DNA of 64,000 nucleotides from Syntrophaceae bacterium (GTDB lineage Bacteria; Desulfobacterota; Desulfomonilia; UBA1062): NCBI GenBank assembly GCA_039680665.1, contig JBDKSM010000122.1, positions 6,832 to 70,831 of the forward strand, read 5' to 3'. Shown piece by piece: positions 58,796 to 64,000 of this stretch (position 1 is its first letter; each line of letters starts with the position of its first letter). The notes under the pieces were generated by a model. It saw only the letters and a program-made list of their open reading frames with translations, ran no database searches and was not told where the DNA came from. The position numbers and the translations under genes were made by a program.

Positions 58796-61072
58796 ATGAA
58801 AACACACATCTTGGGATTCCCGAGAATCGGCGCAGGCCGCGAGCTGAAGGACGCCTTGGAGGCCTACTGGAAGGGCTCGTTCTCGCATAATGGCCTTGAA
58901 ACCGTCTGCCGTTCTCTCAGGCAGAGACATTGGGCGATTCAGAAAAAGGCCGGCCTGTCGTTCGTTGCCACCGGCGATTTCTCCCTCTACGACCATGTCC
59001 TGGATATCACGGCCATGCTCGGCGCCGTTCCGGAGCGCTTCGGCGAGAGGGGGGAGACCGTGGACGCCGATACCTACTTTGCCATGGCACGAGGCGACAG
59101 TTCGCGGAACATCCCGGCCATGGAGATGACCAAGTGGTTCAACACCAATTACCATTACATCGTGCCGGAAATTTCCAAGTCTTTGGCCCCGAGGCTTTCC
59201 CGCCGCAAGATCCTTGAGGAAACCAGCGAGGCCATCGAGGCGGGGTATGCGCCCAAACCAGTCCTGCTCGGACCGATCACCTACCTCTCCTTAAGCAAGG
59301 GTGTGGACGGTTTCGATAGCTGGGAGAAATGCGGGGAAATCGTCGCGGTATATGCCGAGGTCGTCGCCGAACTCGGCGCCGTGTGCGATTGGATACAGAT
59401 GGATGAGCCGATCCTGTGCGCGGACATGTGCCGGCAGGCCCGCGACTTTTTCCTTACGGCATACCAAACGCTGAACCAGGCCACCGGAAAGGCAAGGCTG
59501 CTCCTGGCCACATATTTCGACATCCTGGACGAGGACCTCGACCTGGCGCTGGCCTCCGGCTGCGCCGGGCTCCATGTCGACCTGGTCCACGGTCGGGGTC
59601 AACTTGAACGCGTGCTTGACCGGCTCCCGGCAAACATGGTCTTGTCCGCAGGGGTCGTGAACGGACGCAATATCTGGAGGACCGATCTGTCGGAGGCGCT
59701 GGATGTGCTGCGGAAGATCCGCGACCGGATCGGAGAGAAGCGCCTCATGGTCGGCTCCAGTTGTTCTCTGCTCCATGCGCCCGTGGACCTGGAGGCCGAG
59801 CCGACCCTGGACGCCGAATTGAAGAGCTGGATGGCCTTTGCCGCGCAGAAATGCGGGGAAGTCGCCGTACTTGGCGATATCCTTCAAGGGCGAGACTTTG
59901 CCGCCCGGGTCGAGCCCAGCGCCGAGGCCGTCCGCTCCCGGCGCGCGAGCTCCCGGGTGATCGACGCGCGGGTGCGCCGACGCTGCGAGCGGATCGCCCC
60001 TGAGATGCTCTGCCGCAAAAGCCCCTACCCGGAGCGAAAGAAGGCGCAGTCCTGGCTCGATCTGCCGCTCTTCCCGACCACCACGATCGGGTCGTTTCCC
60101 CAGACGGCACAGATCCGGGCCCAGCGCAAGCGCTTCAAGGACCAGGCGATCTCCGGGGACGAGTACCGGGCCTTCCTGGAGGACACCATCCGTGCCACGA
60201 TCGAAAAGCAGGAGGAGCTGGGATTGGATGTCCTGGTGCACGGCGAGCCCGAACGCAACGACATGGTGGAATACTTCGGGCAGCAACTCGCCGGTTTTTG
60301 CTTTACCGCCAACGGCTGGGTGCAGAGCTACGGCAGCCGCTGCGTGAAGCCGCCCATCATCTTTGGCGACGTGTCCCGTCCGGCCCCCATGACCGTGGAG
60401 TGGATCTCCTATGCCCAGTCGCTGACGAGCAAGCCCATGAAAGGCATGCTGACCGGGCCGGGGACGATTCTGTGCTGGAGCTTTGTGCGCGACGATCTGG
60501 AGCGCGCCGAGGTCTGCAAGCAGATCGCCCTGGCCATCCGGGACGAGGTGGCGGATCTTCAAGCGGCCGGCATACGGATCATTCAGATCGACGAGGCCGC
60601 GTTCAGCGAGGGCATGCCCATCAAGCAGAAAGACCGGGAGGCCTACCTGCGCTGGGCCGTAGATGCCTTCCGGCTTGCGACCGCGGTAGTGGATGACGCC
60701 ACGCAAATCCATAGCCACATGTGCTACAGCGAGTTCAACGATATCATCCATTCCATCGCCGAGATGGACGCCGACGTGATCAGCATCGAATCCTCCCGCA
60801 GCAAGATGGAGCTGCTGGAGGCCTTCGGCGATTTCGAGTACCCCAACGAGATCGGGCCAGGCGTGTACGACATCCACAGCCCGCGCGTTCCGAGTAAGGA
60901 AGAAATCAAGGGACTGCTGGAGAAGGCACTCAGGTCCGTGCCCAAGGAGCGCCTGTGGGTCAATCCGGATTGCGGCCTCAAGACCCGCGATTGGCCCGAG
61001 GTGGTCGATTCCCTGCGGAACATGGTCACGGCTGCGCGGATTCTAAGGTCTGCTTCCGCAGACGAACGTTAA
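58796..61072 (+). CDS. metE: Cobalamin-independent methionine synthase (5-methyltetrahydropteroyltriglutamate--homocysteine S-methyltransferase).
   Basis: N-terminus MKTHILGFPRIGAGRELK and C-terminal zinc ligands (H..C..E..C region, IQIDEAA). Confidence 0.9.
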   Translation: MKTHILGFPRIGAGRELKDALEAYWKGSFSHNGLETVCRSLRQRHWAIQKKAGLSFVATGDFSLYDHVLDITAMLGAVPERFGERGETVDADTYFAMARGDSSRNIPAMEMTKWFNTNYHYIVPEISKSLAPRLSRRKILEETSEAIEAGYAPKPVLLGPITYLSLSKGVDGFDSWEKCGEIVAVYAEVVAELGAVCDWIQMDEPILCADMCRQARDFFLTAYQTLNQATGKARLLLATYFDILDEDLDLALASGCAGLHVDLVHGRGQLERVLDRLPANMVLSAGVVNGRNIWRTDLSEALDVLRKIRDRIGEKRLMVGSSCSLLHAPVDLEAEPTLDAELKSWMAFAAQKCGEVAVLGDILQGRDFAARVEPSAEAVRSRRASSRVIDARVRRRCERIAPEMLCRKSPYPERKKAQSWLDLPLFPTTTIGSFPQTAQIRAQRKRFKDQAISGDEYRAFLEDTIRATIEKQEELGLDVLVHGEPERNDMVEYFGQQLAGFCFTANGWVQSYGSRCVKPPIIFGDVSRPAPMTVEWISYAQSLTSKPMKGMLTGPGTILCWSFVRDDLERAEVCKQIALAIRDEVADLQAAGIRIIQIDEAAFSEGMPIKQKDREAYLRWAVDAFRLATAVVDDATQIHSHMCYSEFNDIIHSIAEMDADVISIESSRSKMELLEAFGDFEYPNEIGPGVYDIHSPRVPSKEEIKGLLEKALRSVPKERLWVNPDCGLKTRDWPEVVDSLRNMVTAARILRSASADER

Positions 61073-61123
61073 GCGGTTACGGAGGATGGTAATGATTTGT
61101 CTACAACAACGAGGCGCTCGGAT

Positions 61124-62128
61124 ATGAAAAAAATAATGAGTGAGTTGAGATATTGGGGCATTATGGCCCTTTTAGGGCTTGTCCGCATTATTCCCAACCC
61201 CGTGGCTGTTTTGATAGGTAAATCCCTGGGGGCGCTGGTCTGGGCCGTATACCCCCCGTTCCGCCGTGTGTCCGACATGCAGATGCAGGCGGCTTTGGGT
61301 GGTGATTATCACTGGTCGCTCAGCCTGGAGATGGCCATGCACATCGGACGAATCCCGGTGGATGTGATCAAATGCCTCCACATGCAGGAAGAAGACCTCT
61401 GGCGCAGGATCGAATTCGTCGGACTGGAACATATGAACTCGGCGTTGGCCAGCGGCCGCGGCGTTATGTGCGTCTCGGCCCATATCGGCAATTGGGAGCT
61501 GATCGGCCACATGCCCAATTACATCAAGCAGGATTTCCACGTCCTTATGAATATCCGAAGCGATACGCGCATGGAATCTATCGTCAGGCATGTGCGCGGC
61601 AGGCTGCCCGGATTTATTATCGAACCTCCGCGCGGCGGTATGGTCTCAAAGTCGATCGGTATTCTGCGTGATGGCCGCCATGTAGGTCTTATGGTAGATA
61701 TACGGGGCAAACACGGTATGCGCATTTTTTGCAATGTTCTCGGACTTCCCGCCCCGACAAGTCCGGCACCCGCGCTCATCGCCCTCAAAGGAGATGCCAT
61801 CGTGGTTCCGGTACACGCATTGACCAAGGGAAATTCCTTCCAGATCATCTTCGATGTCCCTATTGATACCCGCGACTACGGCGGGGGCGAGGATGTCCCG
61901 GATAAACTCACCGAATGCTGGAAATCAGAGCCGGTCATGCGCCTGAGTGCTCGCCTCCAGGACTGGGTGAGCGGCATCGTCAGCGCGCACCCTACGCAAT
62001 GGATTTGGCTATACAGCCGCTGGGTACGGCGCTCGGATATCCGCCGTTTGATCCGTAACGGTAAAGATTTCCACGAACACCTTCTCAATGAACAGGCGCT
62101 TTTCCTTAATGAACACGTGCTTCGATAA
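61124..62128 (+). CDS. Lipid A biosynthesis (Kdo)2-lipid IVA acyltransferase (LpxL/HtrB family, LPLAT superfamily).
   Basis: N-terminal TM helix and an HX4D-like motif region (CVSAHIGNWELIGH). ATG at 61124; the ORF track begins at a TTG at 61097. Confidence 0.7.
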   Translation: MKKIMSELRYWGIMALLGLVRIIPNPVAVLIGKSLGALVWAVYPPFRRVSDMQMQAALGGDYHWSLSLEMAMHIGRIPVDVIKCLHMQEEDLWRRIEFVGLEHMNSALASGRGVMCVSAHIGNWELIGHMPNYIKQDFHVLMNIRSDTRMESIVRHVRGRLPGFIIEPPRGGMVSKSIGILRDGRHVGLMVDIRGKHGMRIFCNVLGLPAPTSPAPALIALKGDAIVVPVHALTKGNSFQIIFDVPIDTRDYGGGEDVPDKLTECWKSEPVMRLSARLQDWVSGIVSAHPTQWIWLYSRWVRRSDIRRLIRNGKDFHEHLLNEQALFLNEHVLR

Positions 62129-62160
62129 AGAGATTAATGTTTATCTCTCGGAGATAGTCC

Positions 62161-63051
62161 ATGCAGGTAAAAGAGATTCTAGAGCATACCAAGATCACCT
62201 TCAGTTTTGAGTTCTTTCCCCCCAAGACGGACAAGGGGTGGGAGAATCTTTTCCACAATATCGCTTCATTGCGGGCCCTGGCGCCGTCCTGGGTAAGCGT
62301 CACCTGCGGCACCGGCGGCTCCACGCGCGAGAACACCCATCAACTGGTCATGCGCATCGAGCGCGAGACGGACCTGAGCGTGGTGGCCCACCTGGTCTGC
62401 GCGGGCAGCACGCGCACCGAGATCCATGCCTTGCTTCAGCGGTACGCGGCGCAGGGCATTGACAACATCTTGGCACTGCGGGGCGACGGCCCCGCCCCGT
62501 CATCCGGAAACCTCACACCCGCCGGGTTTGCCCATGCGGTCGATCTGGTGGCCTATATCAAAAAACATTTTCCGCACATGTGCGTGGGCGTGGCAGGTTT
62601 TCCGGAAGGCCACCCCGACACGCCCAACCGGCTCAAGGAGATCGATTACCTCAAGGCCAAGGTCGACGCCGGCGCGGACTATATCATCACCCAGCTCTTT
62701 TTCGACAACCGCGATTTCTATGATTTCCGGGAGCGCTGCGAACTGGTCGGTATCAAGGCGCCGATTATCGCCGGGATTATGCCGGTACTCTCCCAGGCGG
62801 GCATGCTGAAGATCGCGGAACTTGCCCTGGGAGCGCGCATTCCAGCCCGTCTGATCAAGGCGGTGGCGCGCGCGGACACGGACGATCATGTGGGAAAGGT
62901 CGGCGCCCACTGGGCCACGGAACAGGTGCGCGACCTGATCGACAATCAGGCGCGGGGCATCCATTTCTATACCTTGAACACGGCCCGCGCCACGCTCAAG
63001 ATTTATGAAAACCTGGGGGTAGCGGATTCATGCCGGCTCAGGGATGCATGA
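62161..63051 (+). CDS. metF: 5,10-methylenetetrahydrofolate reductase.
   Basis: N-terminus FSFEFFPPKT, then TCGTGGSTRENT and a TIM-barrel FAD-binding pattern. Confidence 0.9.
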   Translation: MQVKEILEHTKITFSFEFFPPKTDKGWENLFHNIASLRALAPSWVSVTCGTGGSTRENTHQLVMRIERETDLSVVAHLVCAGSTRTEIHALLQRYAAQGIDNILALRGDGPAPSSGNLTPAGFAHAVDLVAYIKKHFPHMCVGVAGFPEGHPDTPNRLKEIDYLKAKVDAGADYIITQLFFDNRDFYDFRERCELVGIKAPIIAGIMPVLSQAGMLKIAELALGARIPARLIKAVARADTDDHVGKVGAHWATEQVRDLIDNQARGIHFYTLNTARATLKIYENLGVADSCRLRDA

Positions 63052-64000
63052 AAGTCGCCATTATCGCGCCGCCCTATCCCCTTGAGGAGGCACCTTCGCC
63101 GCCCCTGGGCGTGAGCTATGTTGCCGCGGCCTGCGAAAGCGCGGGCTGCGATGTGCGCATCTTCGACTATATCGTGCGTGGGTACACCAGGGAGAAGATC
63201 GCCGCCGAACTCGACGCCTTCGCTCCGGATGTGGTGGGCTCCACGTCGGTCACCATGAATTTCAAGTACGCGGCCGCTATCATGCAAGATGTCAAACGCC
63301 ATAATCCGGACATCATCGCCATGATGGGCGGTCCGCATGTCTCCTACGATTGGGCCGATACTTTGAAAAAATATCCGGAGATCGACCTCATTGTGGTGGG
63401 GGAAGGCGAGGAGACCCTGCGTGAGCTCCTGCCGGTCATCCACGAGCGGGACGCATGGCCGGGCATCAAGGGCATCGTCTTCCGCCAGGACGGGCAGGCC
63501 CATTTCACCGGGCCGCGCGATCTGATCCATAACCTCGACACGCTGCCCGCGCCGGCGCGGCACCTCCTGCCGGTCTCGCGCTATCTGGCGCTGGGTTTTC
63601 CGGTCAGCATCATAACCTCGCGCGGGTGCCCGAATCAGTGCATCTTCTGTCTCGGACGCCGCATGGTGGGCTACAAAGTCCGCTACCGCACGCCCAGCCT
63701 GATCGTGGACGAGATCGAGGATATCATTTCCTACGGGTTCACCCGCATCAATATCGCGGATGACCTTTTTACCGCCAACAAGGACCGCGTCAGGATATTC
63801 TGCGAAGAGCTCCAGCGCCGGGGCGTCAAAATCGCATGGACGGCGTTTTCACGGGTAAACACTGTGGATGAGGAGGTTCTTACGATCATGCGCGAGGCGG
63901 GTTGCGACTCGGTGAGCTTCGGGATTGAATCCGGCAACGCCGAGATGCTCAAACGGGTGAAAAAGGGCATAACCCTCGATCAGGCCCGCAAGGCCGTGCA
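63048..64000 (+). CDS. Partial CDS, 3' end outside the window. B12-binding-domain radical SAM protein (class B).
   Basis: N-terminal cobalamin-binding Rossmann region (MKVAIIAPPYP...DLIVVGEGE) followed by the radical-SAM motif CPNQCIFC. ATGA coupling to metF. No stop before the window end. Confidence 0.75.
   Translation, partial: MKVAIIAPPYPLEEAPSPPLGVSYVAAACESAGCDVRIFDYIVRGYTREKIAAELDAFAPDVVGSTSVTMNFKYAAAIMQDVKRHNPDIIAMMGGPHVSYDWADTLKKYPEIDLIVVGEGEETLRELLPVIHERDAWPGIKGIVFRQDGQAHFTGPRDLIHNLDTLPAPARHLLPVSRYLALGFPVSIITSRGCPNQCIFCLGRRMVGYKVRYRTPSLIVDEIEDIISYGFTRINIADDLFTANKDRVRIFCEELQRRGVKIAWTAFSRVNTVDEEVLTIMREAGCDSVSFGIESGNAEMLKRVKKGITLDQARKAV

Overview
High-GC (about 60-65%) chromosomal segment. 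Its gene content fits a Desulfobacterota/deltaproteobacterial anaerobe; this is inference from the siroheme-dependent alternative heme (Ahb) genes, a periplasmic [FeFe] hydrogenase with Tat-signal small subunit, and sigma-54 regulators. Genes are tightly packed with many ATGA/4-nt overlaps. The window has six parts. (1) 1-16.0 kb: a Wzx/Wzy-type surface-polysaccharide (O-antigen-like) cluster. It holds a fused oxidoreductase/hexapeptide-acetyltransferase, a PglF/CapD-like dehydratase, rfbC-rfbA, an O-antigen ligase/polymerase-family protein, three glycosyltransferases, two tandem P-loop proteins of unclear role, a Wzx flippase, a WbaP-like initiating sugar-phosphate transferase and a GT39/ArnT-like membrane protein. 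(2) 16.0-19.4 kb: tadA, two tRNA-Ser, the SRP (4.5S) RNA, dnaX and an S58/DmpA-family peptidase. (3) 19.4-39.7 kb: a roughly 20 kb stretch bracketed by copies of a 14-bp repeat (AACTTAACACTTAA). It contains a secreted PEBP (YbhB/YbcL) protein, a 12-repeat Sel1 protein, a NodB-type polysaccharide deacetylase, three clustered omptin-like outer-membrane protease paralogs (lower GC), a DUF255 thioredoxin-domain protein, ffh, a GAF-PAS histidine kinase with a sigma-54 response regulator, and a five-gene polysaccharide-export module (export protein, outer-membrane barrel, chain-length determinant, ExeA-like ATPase with SPOR domain, BY tyrosine kinase) typical of exosortase/PEP-CTERM-type EPS loci. 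No exosortase or PEP-CTERM substrate is in this window. (4) 39.7-50.9 kb: a comF-like gene, an unknown gene, a DUF2520::heptose-1-phosphate adenylyltransferase fusion, an alpha/beta hydrolase, an MFS transporter, a CNNM/hemolysin-family protein, a CMD-family protein, hemB and ahb (alternative heme) genes. (5) 50.9-58.3 kb: nikR with a NikMNQO-type ECF nickel/cobalt importer, then an ArsR-cytochrome b-HydB-HydA [FeFe]-hydrogenase operon on the minus strand. Two copies of a TAGCAC-N13-GTGCTA palindrome sit in the promoter regions of hydA and of a small Cys/His-rich ORF. (6) 58.4-64.0 kb: a cobalamin riboswitch-metE unit, a lipid A acyltransferase, metF and a partial B12-binding radical SAM gene. 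I found no CRISPR array, rRNA, transposase or phage gene. The three omptin homologs, the 14-bp repeat bracket and the palindromic operators are the observations I would look at first.
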